56,324 nt of DNA, from the IMG/VR virus record IMGVR_UViG_3300008120_005716, positions 1 to 56,324 of that record; one strand, given 5' to 3'. Source of the DNA: a virus (Duplodnaviria > Caudoviricetes). This document shows positions 10,191-20,250 of this stretch, piece by piece. The notes beneath the pieces were generated by a model. That model was not told where the DNA came from. It was given only the letters and a program-made list of their open reading frames with translations, and searched no databases. Position numbers and translations under genes: made by a program. The first letter of the stretch is position 1; every line of letters starts with the position of its first letter.

Positions 10191-13100
10191 GTGGTAAAAG
10201 CATTAGAAAATATATTTGGAGGAGAACCAACTCTAAACTCATACGAAGGTACTGGTCAATACTCTGCTTTCATTGATGGTGTAGGCGGCGGAGGAGGTGG
10301 TGGTGGATATGTACCACCCGTAGAACCAAACCCACTATTTATTCCACCATCATATTCAAATGAAATAATAGGTAAATCTATTAAAGTAAATTTGATTTCA
10401 AATTCAGGCGAAGTAGAATTTTTAGAAAATGGAGCATCGAAGGGATATGGTGTAAGTACCATCATCAATTACTCACCATCATCTACATTTAATGGCCCTA
10501 AAAAATATGAAGTAGTTAAAAACGGACAAAAAGCTACTAAATATTATGAAGTTTCTATTAAGAAAAGTTATCAAACCGATAATCAATCTAATCCTATACA
10601 AGAAACTGAAATCACACCACTAACACCGAAAAGACGTGGATTTTTTGGCAGATTAAGAGATGGATTGGATGTTAGAGTAACAAATGAATCATTCGGTATC
10701 CGTAACCTATTTAAAGGTTCTAAAAAATTTAAAGTTAAAAGACCATTAAACGTAAAGCCGGTTGTCAACGCAATAGAATATAACTATTCCGAAACACTTT
10801 CTGTGCAAGAGTTTGATTTACAATCAGATGGTACATATGTAGCAAATGATATAAAAACATTCGATTTAGGTTCTGTAACTTTAAATTTTGAATTAAAATC
10901 AGTTAAAGCATCCGATGATATTATTAATACGATTACAACCGTAGAATACGAAGTAGCATTTTCATCTAACTTCAAACAAGAGTTAGGAAATAATGTAGTA
11001 TTGAATTATACAATATTTCAAAACGATGGTACAATATCGGATAGTGGAAAAGTATCTCTTTCCGATAGTAATATTATCAGACAACTAAATTCAGATGCCT
11101 TAAAAGGAAGAGTAGATTTTAGAATAGAATATGTAGATAAACCATCCGAATATATTTTAACTAATATATACCAAACTACAAACACTTCTAAATTAGAAAC
11201 TGCATATAAAACTGAGTTTGATTTTAGTAAGTGGAATACACAAAATTCATCATTTAGCTTACCAGCCGAACAACTTAAATCAGGTATATCGGTGGTTGTT
11301 ATGTTTGAAAAAGAAATAAAAGCAGATAGGCCTATTATTTCTTTAGATACCACTCAATATGGAGTGTACGTTAAAGATTCTGATTTAGAAAAAGAAGTAC
11401 AAATTCCATTCAAAACATCGAATACTGATAACGTAAGAGTGTATATTGATGGTAGAGCAGATACTATGTTAGTTCCTGCTATCGATGGAGTTGTTAAATT
11501 ATATTTCCAAAAAGATTTTTCTGAAGTATATGGTACTAAAAAAATAGTTTTAGTAGCAGAGAGTAAACAATATGGAACTGGTGATTCGGTAACGGCTTTA
11601 GTTACATTTACGGCTGTAAACGATTTTCCATCAATTACACAAATAACATATACCGATTCGATTGATATACCATCTTTTTCAGATTTTAGTATAGATTTAA
11701 AATATGAATATGCATCATTTGCTTGTTCTACAATAGATGTGGATTTAAAAGCAAAAGATGGTAGTAGAATTACTTTATTTAAAAATTTAACACCAAATGG
11801 AAACATTTCTTTAAATTTAAAAGATTTAAGAGATAAGTTTTCTAACTGGGCAGGAAGTGATAATGTTACATTAATATTTAAACCATTTAATAGAAGCGGT
11901 GCTGAAGAGTTGGTTGGTAATGAATATGAAGTAAAAACATTTTTATCAATACCAACAATACAATTAGATGAGAATATCTTTTCATCTGCTATTTTTGATG
12001 CATTTTCTAATATATTAAAAGTAATTGAACCTGATAAAGAAAGTAAGTATCTAACACATCTTGCTAACTTTGATAATAATGAACAAATATTAATTTCTAC
12101 TTGGGAAAATGATAATTGGACTTTATCCGATAAAACAACGGATAATTTAGGAAATATTCAATTAGGTAGTAATGTAGTTGATTCTATTATATTAAAATTA
12201 TATTCACCACTACCAGCTAACGTTTCAACAAATTCAACTTTTTGGATTACTAAGTTAATGGCAAACCCATTAATTGAAACCATTGTATTAAGTGAACAAT
12301 CTGAAATTAGTTGCCCACCAATAAAAGGACCTAATTTCAGTTTAGATATTGATTATGTAAAAGGGCAATCTACTAATTTTGAATCATTAGATAATTTAAT
12401 ATTGAGTGGTTCAACATCATCTACACAATTAGTTACAACCTATTTAAGTTCATCTTTAATCAATATGGATGAGTTAAATATTGATTATGTAAGTGGTTCA
12501 ACTTATTTGTGGGAAAATTTTACACATTTCAGTTCAGCAAAAGAACGAGTAGATAATTTTGTATATAAAGTACAATTAATAGAAGCATATGAAAATAGTA
12601 TAAGTGGTTCAAACGCATCGCCATCAGCATCTTTATTAAGCGAAATACAAGAAAGAGAAAGACAATTAATAAAGAAAAACGAATTGTTATCTGGATTTGA
12701 TGGATTTGAAAATTTCTTATATACATCATCATCTTTATATACAACAAATGGTAGTAACTCGATAACTTGGCCATATAACGCTGGTCAAAGAATATTATCT
12801 ACAAACTCAACTGTTGTAAATTGGTATTCAAATTTAATAACTTTAGCAGAAGATTTTGATATTGAAAATCCTAATTGGGTTCAAAATAATATACCACAAT
12901 TTATTGTAACAAATACTGAAAATGAAAGTTTACTATTGTTTTTATCAATGATTGGACATCATTTTGATAATATATACTTTCATACAAAAGCAATAGAGAA
13001 GAGTAGAGGATTGGGGTACAATAGAAAGGATATATCGGATAAATTATTATTTGATATTTTAAAATCCTTTAATTGGGATGCTAAAAATTTATCTGCTGAT

Positions 13101-15437
13101 ACAAAATTATGGGAATATACATTTGGTAAAGATTCAGAGGGTAATATAAAAAATACCAAAACAGGCAAAGCTAGAACATACGAAGTTTGGAGAAGAATAG
13201 CAAATAATTTACCTTATTTATTAAAACACAAAGGAACTCGTAGAGGAATTTATGCATTACTATCTTGCTATGGTATTCCTTCATCAAACCTTTCAATTTT
13301 AGAATTTGGTGGTCCAGAAGTAACCAACACAACTAAGAGTAAATTAGTATATGATAATGTTACCACTGCTCTTAAATTTAATAATGGAGCAGCAATAGAA
13401 TTTGAATGGAAAAACACAAATAAAAACAGAAAGCCAAATACTATTGAATTATTTGTAAAACCTTCTCAAAACACAAATTATACTGTAATTAGTGGTAGCG
13501 GATGGAATGTTGGATTACAAGCATCTACAACATCATCATATGGAAATGTTGTATTTAACTATAATACTACAAATGCAATATCATCATCATTATTACCAAT
13601 ATACAATGGTAAATTCTTTGGTATTTCAGTAAGTAGTGGTTCTGATGGATTAAAATTAGATGTAAGACAATCTGAAAAGGAAAGAACTATATTTGCAGAA
13701 TCTATTTCATCTTCAGCAGCAACTGATTGGAATAATGGTTCTAAAATTAAATTAGGTGGTTCTTATGTAGGAAGCGTTGATGAGTTTCGTTTGTGGTCTG
13801 AAGTATTAAATACTGATAGATTTTACGAACACGTTTCATTCCCAGAAATGATTAATGGTAATCATATTTCATCTTCAACCGATGATTTATATTTCCGTTT
13901 AGATTTTGAATATCCTAAAAATTTATCAGTATCATCATCTTTAATTAATGTTGATACTAACATATATTACAGTTCTTCTGTAACTAGAAATAAATTAGAA
14001 GATGGCTTAGTAGGAATTACGGGAAGTGTAACAATATTATCAGAAAATGTATCGGCATCGTTTTCAGCATCTGCTAGCGGATTTACACCTATAACAACAT
14101 ATCCATATCAATTTGAAGCAATAGATAGAAGTGTTGTATTGGAGGTTCCTGATATGGGAATATCTCGTTATTCTACAAATAAAGTTAGATTTGAATCGCA
14201 AGAATTAGTATCAGATTTATCTTCAAAAAGTAGAGCAACTAAAAAAGCATACGACCAATCTCCAACCGATTCAAACAGAGTTGGTTTATTCTTCTCTCCT
14301 ACAAAAGAGTTGAACATTGATATCGCTAAATCATTTGGTGGAATTAATTTGGATAATTATATAGGAGACCCATCAGATGATTACAAATCAAACTACTCTC
14401 AATTAGATAATTTAAGAAATTATTACTTTAAAAGATTTGATGGTAGAGATATTTATTCATACATAAACTTAATCAAACTATATGAGAAATCAATGTTTGA
14501 AGATATTAAGAATATGTTGCCGGCTAGAGTTAAAGCTACTACTGGTTTATTAATAGAACCACACATCTTAGAAAGAAGTAAAATTGCTCAAAAGAAACCA
14601 ACGGGCGATGAATATCAACAAGATGTAAACATAAAATATTCAGATACAACATTATTAAATGCTAGTAGTAATCAATACGATGTTGTTGTTGACGCAAATT
14701 TAACAGATAATCTAATAGGTGAAAATTCTCAATATTATGCTACAATTTATACAGCATCTTTAGAAAATACGATAGCTGAAAGTTATCAAAAGGAAGCGGA
14801 ATATAACTATTATAACGATACAAATTTTATATCAGAGTATTATCAAAAAGAAGTTGTAATAGATGCTGATTTAGGAAACGCTAGTATATTATCTGAAATA
14901 GATATAAACAATACAAATACAATAGTTGGACAAACCGAATTAGAAACTATTGGATTTGGTATTTATGCACAAAGTGGTTCAGCAATCAGAACATATTTTG
15001 ATGTTGATGGTAGACGAGTTAAAGAAAGAGTTAGAGTACAATTAGTTACCGAACAAAAAGAAAGAGTTGTAACTAAATTTGCTATAACCGCTTCGGCAAA
15101 TGGATTGGGTGACCCTCGTGGTGGATACGTTTCAGATATACAAACTTATACTGAAACCAAATTAAATATTCAACCATTTAGTGGCTCATTTGTTCCTACT
15201 GTTGGTGGTAATATAATAAGTGTTAAAAATGTGAGCGGATACTTACCAACGCATTATAGAAATACAAACGATTTAACGAGAGGATTACAAAATTCTTTCT
15301 ATAAAGGTTCAAAAAATACTGCAGCAACTACATTAGATGGAACATCCCCAATAGAAACATTTACATCTAATCCTAATACATTAAGAGTTAATAAGGCAGG
15401 TAGAGATGCAAGTGAACCAATATTGGAAGTAGAATAA
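10191..15437 (+). CDS. Large baseplate/virion structural protein (gp7/P2-I-like core plus LamG-like segment)
   Basis: 1748 aa; NNLPYLLKHKGTRRGIYALL resembles the gp7/P2-I 'KGT' motif; GSVDEFRLW is LamG-like; KNMLPARV near the C-terminus. Confidence 0.7.
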   Translation: MVKALENIFGGEPTLNSYEGTGQYSAFIDGVGGGGGGGGYVPPVEPNPLFIPPSYSNEIIGKSIKVNLISNSGEVEFLENGASKGYGVSTIINYSPSSTFNGPKKYEVVKNGQKATKYYEVSIKKSYQTDNQSNPIQETEITPLTPKRRGFFGRLRDGLDVRVTNESFGIRNLFKGSKKFKVKRPLNVKPVVNAIEYNYSETLSVQEFDLQSDGTYVANDIKTFDLGSVTLNFELKSVKASDDIINTITTVEYEVAFSSNFKQELGNNVVLNYTIFQNDGTISDSGKVSLSDSNIIRQLNSDALKGRVDFRIEYVDKPSEYILTNIYQTTNTSKLETAYKTEFDFSKWNTQNSSFSLPAEQLKSGISVVVMFEKEIKADRPIISLDTTQYGVYVKDSDLEKEVQIPFKTSNTDNVRVYIDGRADTMLVPAIDGVVKLYFQKDFSEVYGTKKIVLVAESKQYGTGDSVTALVTFTAVNDFPSITQITYTDSIDIPSFSDFSIDLKYEYASFACSTIDVDLKAKDGSRITLFKNLTPNGNISLNLKDLRDKFSNWAGSDNVTLIFKPFNRSGAEELVGNEYEVKTFLSIPTIQLDENIFSSAIFDAFSNILKVIEPDKESKYLTHLANFDNNEQILISTWENDNWTLSDKTTDNLGNIQLGSNVVDSIILKLYSPLPANVSTNSTFWITKLMANPLIETIVLSEQSEISCPPIKGPNFSLDIDYVKGQSTNFESLDNLILSGSTSSTQLVTTYLSSSLINMDELNIDYVSGSTYLWENFTHFSSAKERVDNFVYKVQLIEAYENSISGSNASPSASLLSEIQERERQLIKKNELLSGFDGFENFLYTSSSLYTTNGSNSITWPYNAGQRILSTNSTVVNWYSNLITLAEDFDIENPNWVQNNIPQFIVTNTENESLLLFLSMIGHHFDNIYFHTKAIEKSRGLGYNRKDISDKLLFDILKSFNWDAKNLSADTKLWEYTFGKDSEGNIKNTKTGKARTYEVWRRIANNLPYLLKHKGTRRGIYALLSCYGIPSSNLSILEFGGPEVTNTTKSKLVYDNVTTALKFNNGAAIEFEWKNTNKNRKPNTIELFVKPSQNTNYTVISGSGWNVGLQASTTSSYGNVVFNYNTTNAISSSLLPIYNGKFFGISVSSGSDGLKLDVRQSEKERTIFAESISSSAATDWNNGSKIKLGGSYVGSVDEFRLWSEVLNTDRFYEHVSFPEMINGNHISSSTDDLYFRLDFEYPKNLSVSSSLINVDTNIYYSSSVTRNKLEDGLVGITGSVTILSENVSASFSASASGFTPITTYPYQFEAIDRSVVLEVPDMGISRYSTNKVRFESQELVSDLSSKSRATKKAYDQSPTDSNRVGLFFSPTKELNIDIAKSFGGINLDNYIGDPSDDYKSNYSQLDNLRNYYFKRFDGRDIYSYINLIKLYEKSMFEDIKNMLPARVKATTGLLIEPHILERSKIAQKKPTGDEYQQDVNIKYSDTTLLNASSNQYDVVVDANLTDNLIGENSQYYATIYTASLENTIAESYQKEAEYNYYNDTNFISEYYQKEVVIDADLGNASILSEIDINNTNTIVGQTELETIGFGIYAQSGSAIRTYFDVDGRRVKERVRVQLVTEQKERVVTKFAITASANGLGDPRGGYVSDIQTYTETKLNIQPFSGSFVPTVGGNIISVKNVSGYLPTHYRNTNDLTRGLQNSFYKGSKNTAATTLDGTSPIETFTSNPNTLRVNKAGRDASEPILEVE

Positions 15438-15449
15438 CGGAATTTTAAA

Positions 15450-15464
15450 ATATTTATATTTATA
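15450..15464 (+). promoter_or_regulatory. Tandem putative late promoter motifs (ATATTTATATTTATA)
   Basis: Two overlapping TATTTAT (15451-15457 and 15457-15463) before ATG 15486. Confidence 0.55.
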
Positions 15465-15485
15465 AACAAAGATAATTAAAAAACT

Positions 15486-16109
15486 ATGGGATATTTAAGT
15501 AATACTGAATTGACAGTTGATGCAATTCTTACTAAAAAAGGTAGAGAAAAATTAGCAGCTGGACAAGGATTAAACATCACTCAATTTGCTTTAGCAGATG
15601 ATGAGATTGATTACACACTTTATGAACCAGCACATCCACTTGGAAGCGCTTACTACGATGCGGCAATTAGAAATATGCCTGTATTGGAAGCAAACCCAGA
15701 TGAGACTCAAGTAATGAAGTATAAGTTAGTAACTCTTCCTAAGAATACAACTCGTATTCCGGTGGTTGAATTTGGTGTTCCTAACATTTCAGTAAACCAA
15801 AGAAGTGGTGAAGTATCACTTTCTCCAACAACATCTCCAGCAGGAAATAGAAGAATGGGCTATACTATTATATTAGCTAACAAAAATGCAGGTGATATTG
15901 TAGGTGAAGGAGTAACTGCTGATGTAGGCTCAGTACCTGTATTTATTGGTGATGATGTATCAGCAACCGCAGCAGTATCGAAAGGTTTAACTTTCAAATT
16001 TATTCCAAACCCATCATTAACTTCGACTATCAGAACAACTATAACTGTTTATGGTAACGAAACGGGTGGTTCACAAACAATTCCAGTAACCGTAACATAC
16101 GTTCAATAA
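15486..16109 (+). CDS. Conserved virion structural protein (baseplate/tail associated)
   Basis: MGYL...VDAILTKKGREKLA.G...ITQFALADDEIDY resembles the 'LT..G...LA' N-termini of tail-fibre/collar attachment proteins; structural module. Confidence 0.65.
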   Translation: MGYLSNTELTVDAILTKKGREKLAAGQGLNITQFALADDEIDYTLYEPAHPLGSAYYDAAIRNMPVLEANPDETQVMKYKLVTLPKNTTRIPVVEFGVPNISVNQRSGEVSLSPTTSPAGNRRMGYTIILANKNAGDIVGEGVTADVGSVPVFIGDDVSATAAVSKGLTFKFIPNPSLTSTIRTTITVYGNETGGSQTIPVTVTYVQ

Positions 16110-16117
16110 TATAAACT

Positions 16118-17350
16118 ATGGCATTAATTAGAGATAATAGAGGACAGCTTTTAGCAAGTAACTTATCCCAGTACTTAGCAGGCGCAGCAAATACCGCAGG
16201 AACTCCTGTTGATACCAATGAATTGGTTAGAATTGTAAACCAATTTTTAGGAGAAGGTGAGCAGATTAGTTCCGATTTAACAACAGTAACAAATGGTATT
16301 TATAAAAAATTTGGTGCTATCGATAAAGTAACTAATAGAACCGAAATCGTAACTTCAGGAATTTGGAGTGGTGATACGGGTTCATTAACTACTTTTTATA
16401 CATCATCTTTACAACACAATAGTTCTACTGGTAAATATTATTTAGATGTTTACAACGCAGTAACATCATCCGACACCGCAGAGGTTCAGTTTTCAATTGC
16501 ATATGGCGATGTAAACGGATATGGTGCACCTACGTTAACACAAGATGATTCATCTACATTATCTACTAAAGCTGTATATAATCAATTTAAAAATATATTA
16601 TTAGAATCATCCGATGCATACTTTAGTGTGTATAGTGGTTCTACCGCTGCGGCACATGATTTGACATCATTCTACGCAATCAACGTAAATAGAGCAAGAT
16701 ACAAAGAAAGATTAGACCCAGGTAACGTTTCAATCAACCTTTCTGGTTCGGTTGGATTAGTAACTCTTATTGATGATAGTGGTGGAACTGATGAAAATGT
16801 AACAACCGCAGGTAGAGTTTATAACTTAGTTAGTGGTTCATTGAATATTGGTTCTGCATTAACTGCATCAATCAATACTTATACTGCATCAAACGGACAA
16901 GGATTTGGATTATTCTACCCTGATATGGGTATCATCTTATTGAATCCAAACGCATTATCAGCATCAGTAGGTGGTAATTTAATGGCAGCAGCTGGTTCAA
17001 CAACAAATCAGTATCACCAATCGGGTTCAGTATCAGGTTCATTAAAATTATTTGATGCATTGAAAAAGGGCGCCGACTTCCAAGCTCGTAGAACTGAAAA
17101 CGTTTCTACTTCACATTATTTTGTGAGAGCAAACAATAGAGAATTTAACTTTTCAAATAACCCAACATTCGTAAGTGGTTCGGTTGGAGCATTCGCAAAT
17201 TCATCTTTCGAAAGAGACCCTAAAGTATATATTACTTCAGTAGGTCTTTATGATGATGCAAATGAATTATTAGCAGTTGCAAAAACTTCTCAACCGATTG
17301 CAAAATCATTTGATAAGGAAATCGCTATTAAAGTTAAATTAGATTTCTAA
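16118..17350 (+). CDS. Virion structural protein (tail-collar/fibre attachment-like C-terminus)
   Basis: C-terminal YITSVGLYDDANELLAVAK..PI.K..D.E..IKVKLDF; S/T/G-rich; paralogue of the next gene. Confidence 0.7.
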   Translation: MALIRDNRGQLLASNLSQYLAGAANTAGTPVDTNELVRIVNQFLGEGEQISSDLTTVTNGIYKKFGAIDKVTNRTEIVTSGIWSGDTGSLTTFYTSSLQHNSSTGKYYLDVYNAVTSSDTAEVQFSIAYGDVNGYGAPTLTQDDSSTLSTKAVYNQFKNILLESSDAYFSVYSGSTAAAHDLTSFYAINVNRARYKERLDPGNVSINLSGSVGLVTLIDDSGGTDENVTTAGRVYNLVSGSLNIGSALTASINTYTASNGQGFGLFYPDMGIILLNPNALSASVGGNLMAAAGSTTNQYHQSGSVSGSLKLFDALKKGADFQARRTENVSTSHYFVRANNREFNFSNNPTFVSGSVGAFANSSFERDPKVYITSVGLYDDANELLAVAKTSQPIAKSFDKEIAIKVKLDF

Positions 17351-17378
17351 TCAGAGAGTAACTTATATCGAACTATTT

Positions 17379-17410
17379 AACCCAACCATAAAAAGTTGGG
17401 TTTTTAGTTT
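17379..17410 (+). terminator. Rho-independent terminator
   Basis: Stem AACCCAAC (17379-86) / GTTGGGTT (17395-402) with an 8-nt loop, followed by TTTAGTTT. Confidence 0.75.
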
Positions 17411-17415
17411 ATAAG

Positions 17416-17424
17416 ATATTTATA
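17416..17424 (+). promoter_or_regulatory. Putative late promoter motif ATATTTATA
   Basis: TATTTAT at 17417-17423, immediately after the terminator and before ATG 17431. Confidence 0.55.
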
Positions 17425-17430
17425 GATGAT

Positions 17431-18606
17431 ATGTTAAAAAGGATACCAAAATCAGATATTAATATTCGCCCATTTAAGGCGTATAAGGAGTGGAGTTTTA
17501 ATGATACTTCTACCGATATATCATTATATGAGGCTAATATAAGCTCTAGTGAATTATCAAATGGAATTCCAAAAAATTCAATATATGGACAATTAAGAGC
17601 TCAATTTTATAATGGAAATGAAGATAATCCATTTTTAAGATATGGTTCTAAATCTAATGAATATAATATACAAGCATCTACCAGAGATAGATTTTTAAGT
17701 GGTAGTGCAAAAGTAATATCTATTCCACAAATATATGTTGGAGAGGGTATAAAAAAAGGTTCTATTTTATTAACTGATAAAAATGGAAACGATACATCTT
17801 TTATAGATGATGGATACGGAAATTTAATAGGTGCAGATGGTGATAGTGTTATTGTTGGTAAAATTGATTCAAATAATAATAGTTGGGATTTTGAAGATGT
17901 AGCTACTAATCCATATTCCGGTTCTTTTCAAATAATTGGTATTGATGTTACTTTAAATGAATTAAATTTAGTTTATAATGGTGTTAGTTATGATTTAAAG
18001 ATAGTTAGTTTCAATGCGAACACTGGAGTAATGATTGTTGAAAATATTCCATTCTTAGAAGGAGCGGCTGGTAGTGATAGAATTGGTAATGTGTTCTATG
18101 CAAATGGATTATTAGTTTTAACTAGAGAAGCTGATTCTTTATTAAATGCGGATTGGGAATTATCATATAAATCTACTAAAACAATTTACGAACACGAATA
18201 TTTACTAATTGTGAATGAAGATGAATTCAATGTATCACAAAACCCATCAGCAATAGTTGAGGTTGGTAGAGTAGATGAATACATAACAGGTTCAGATGGT
18301 AAGATATATAAAACAACAACAAAACCTGGTGTAAAATATATTCGTAAAAAATCTATTTTAGAAAATGGAAATACTTTGGATTATCGTTATACATCATCCG
18401 TAAGTTCTTCTACCCATTTTGCCGGATTTGAACATTACGATTTAAGTGGTTCTATGGATTCAACAGGCTCTTTCTTAGCACCATTTATCACAACAATTGG
18501 TTTATATGATGATAATTGTGATTTAGTGGCGGTAGCAAAATTACCACAACCAATTAAATCTGAATCAGAAATGCCTGTAAACTTTATTATTCGTTTTGAT
18601 ACTTAA
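17431..18606 (+). CDS. Virion structural protein, paralogue of 16118-17350
   Basis: Shared elements: DDGYGNL, GNVFY..G, EFNVSQNP, PFITTIGLYDD..DLVAVAKL.QPIK. Confidence 0.7.
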   Translation: MLKRIPKSDINIRPFKAYKEWSFNDTSTDISLYEANISSSELSNGIPKNSIYGQLRAQFYNGNEDNPFLRYGSKSNEYNIQASTRDRFLSGSAKVISIPQIYVGEGIKKGSILLTDKNGNDTSFIDDGYGNLIGADGDSVIVGKIDSNNNSWDFEDVATNPYSGSFQIIGIDVTLNELNLVYNGVSYDLKIVSFNANTGVMIVENIPFLEGAAGSDRIGNVFYANGLLVLTREADSLLNADWELSYKSTKTIYEHEYLLIVNEDEFNVSQNPSAIVEVGRVDEYITGSDGKIYKTTTKPGVKYIRKKSILENGNTLDYRYTSSVSSSTHFAGFEHYDLSGSMDSTGSFLAPFITTIGLYDDNCDLVAVAKLPQPIKSESEMPVNFIIRFDT

Positions 18607-18609
18607 TTT

Positions 18610-18618
18610 ATATTTATA
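18610..18618 (+). promoter_or_regulatory. Putative late promoter motif ATATTTATA
   Basis: TATTTAT at 18611-18617 before ATG 18635. Confidence 0.5.
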
Positions 18619-18634
18619 TTAAACAATAAACATT

Positions 18635-18844
18635 ATGTCAAAGATTTTAGATTTATACGATGGGCAAAAAGCAGCATTGGGAGTTGATAAAATTTCATTT
18701 GAAGCTGGAGTAAATGCAAAAACGCCATACACTACAAACGATTTGAAAAAAGCAGATGAGCAAGTTTTAACTGCAGCTAAATTCAAAACAGGTAGAGGTG
18801 GTGAAATTTCTGCAACTAAGTACTCCGATATGAAGAAAAAATAA
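18635..18844 (+). CDS. Small hypothetical protein
   Basis: 69-aa ORF filling the gap, preceded by the promoter motif. Confidence 0.7.
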   Translation: MSKILDLYDGQKAALGVDKISFEAGVNAKTPYTTNDLKKADEQVLTAAKFKTGRGGEISATKYSDMKKK

Positions 18845-18849
18845 ATTTA

Positions 18850-19269
18850 ATGGCCAAAAAAGTTACAAAAAAGAAAGTAAACTCTAAATGGGTTGCTAGA
18901 AAATATGGATTTAAATCCGGTCTTGAAGAAAATATTTCACAACAAATTGAAGGTAAAGGGATTGTTGTACAATATGAGTCTGAAAAGATTCCTTACATTG
19001 TACCTGCTTCTCAACATACTTACAATCCTGATTTTCGTTTACCTAATGGAATCATAGTAGAAACAAAAGGTAGATTTGTTGCAGCAGACCGTAGAAAGCA
19101 TCAATTAGTAAAACAGCAGCATCCAAATTTGGATATTCGCTTTGTATTTTCAAACTCAAAAAACAAAATCAGTAAGAATTCTAAGACCACATATGGTATG
19201 TGGTGTGAAAAGAATGGTTACAAATACGCAGATAAGGAAATACCAGAAGAGTGGTTTTTAGAACCATAA
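18850..19269 (+). CDS. Holliday junction resolvase, T7 endonuclease I-like
   Basis: GFKSGLE...YE..KIPY...HTYNPDF.LPNGIIVETKGRF...DIRFVFSNS...YGMWCEK.G matches the phage endonuclease I family. Confidence 0.92.
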   Translation: MAKKVTKKKVNSKWVARKYGFKSGLEENISQQIEGKGIVVQYESEKIPYIVPASQHTYNPDFRLPNGIIVETKGRFVAADRRKHQLVKQQHPNLDIRFVFSNSKNKISKNSKTTYGMWCEKNGYKYADKEIPEEWFLEP

Positions 19270-19272
19270 AAA

Positions 19273-19304
19273 TTTGGTAATTTCAAATATTTGTTGTATA
19301 TTTG
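19273..19304 (+). promoter_or_regulatory. Bacteroidota housekeeping sigma-type promoter (-33 TTTG / -7 TAnnTTTG)
   Basis: TTTG at 19273-76, 20-nt spacer, TATATTTG at 19297-304; exact match to the established consensus. Confidence 0.7.
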
Positions 19305-19308
19305 GTTT

Positions 19309-20250
19309 GTGTTAAGTAGCAATGATAAAAATAAGGTAATTACTGCCCTTACTAATGTATTGGGTAGCGGTGTATCCCTAAAAGGGAACGAATTAGCATT
19401 TTACTGCCCATTTTGTAATCACCATAAACCAAAACTACAAGTTAATACCGAAACCCAAAAGTGGCATTGTTGGACTTGTAATAGTGGTGGTAAAAAATTG
19501 ACATCCCTACTTCGTAAATTAGATGTAGATAGAAAAACAATATCTTTAATTAGAGAGATATATGGGGATAGTAATTGGACTCCACAACAAGAAGATGCCG
19601 AAACAAAGGTATTCATTTCACTTCCAAAAGAATTTATTAGTTTAGCAGAAGAACCAAAAGGATTTAATCCTGAATATAAACATGCGATACATTACCTTAC
19701 ACAAAGAGGTATTGGTATAAAAGATATTATTAAGCATAATATTGGATATTGTAAAGAAGGATTATATGCTCGTAGAGTGATAATTCCATCATACAATTCT
19801 GATGGTTCACTTAATTATTTTGTTTCTCGTTCTTATTATTCGGAAGAGAAGATGAAATACAAAAACCCACCAATCAGTAAGAATATAATTTGTTTTGAAT
19901 CACAGGTAAATTGGAATGAACCAATTATACTTTGTGAGGGGGTATTTGATGCTATAACAATTAAAAGAAATGCAATTCCACTTTTAGGTAAGTTTCCTTC
20001 CAAGCAATTGGTTGAAAAAATCTTTATGAGTGGAGTAAACAATATCATTATTTCATTAGATAACGATGCAATCAACGAAGCTCTTAAAGCAGCTGATTAT
20101 TTCAGAAAAAATGGAATCAATGTAAAGATGATGTATCTAAAAGATAAAGATGCATCTGATATGGGCTATGAAAAATTTTATGAAGAATTAAGTAAAACTA
20201 AAGAATTCTCTTCTGAAGATTTACTGTTAAACAAAATAAATTCATTATGA
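19309..20250 (+). CDS. DNA primase (Zn-finger plus TOPRIM)
   Basis: CPFCNH...HCWTC zinc ribbon; LCEGVFDA and SLDNDA TOPRIM motifs; KDAS. Start moved from the track's TTG 19291 (inside the promoter) to GTG 19309. Confidence 0.88.
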   Translation: MLSSNDKNKVITALTNVLGSGVSLKGNELAFYCPFCNHHKPKLQVNTETQKWHCWTCNSGGKKLTSLLRKLDVDRKTISLIREIYGDSNWTPQQEDAETKVFISLPKEFISLAEEPKGFNPEYKHAIHYLTQRGIGIKDIIKHNIGYCKEGLYARRVIIPSYNSDGSLNYFVSRSYYSEEKMKYKNPPISKNIICFESQVNWNEPIILCEGVFDAITIKRNAIPLLGKFPSKQLVEKIFMSGVNNIIISLDNDAINEALKAADYFRKNGINVKMMYLKDKDASDMGYEKFYEELSKTKEFSSEDLLLNKINSL

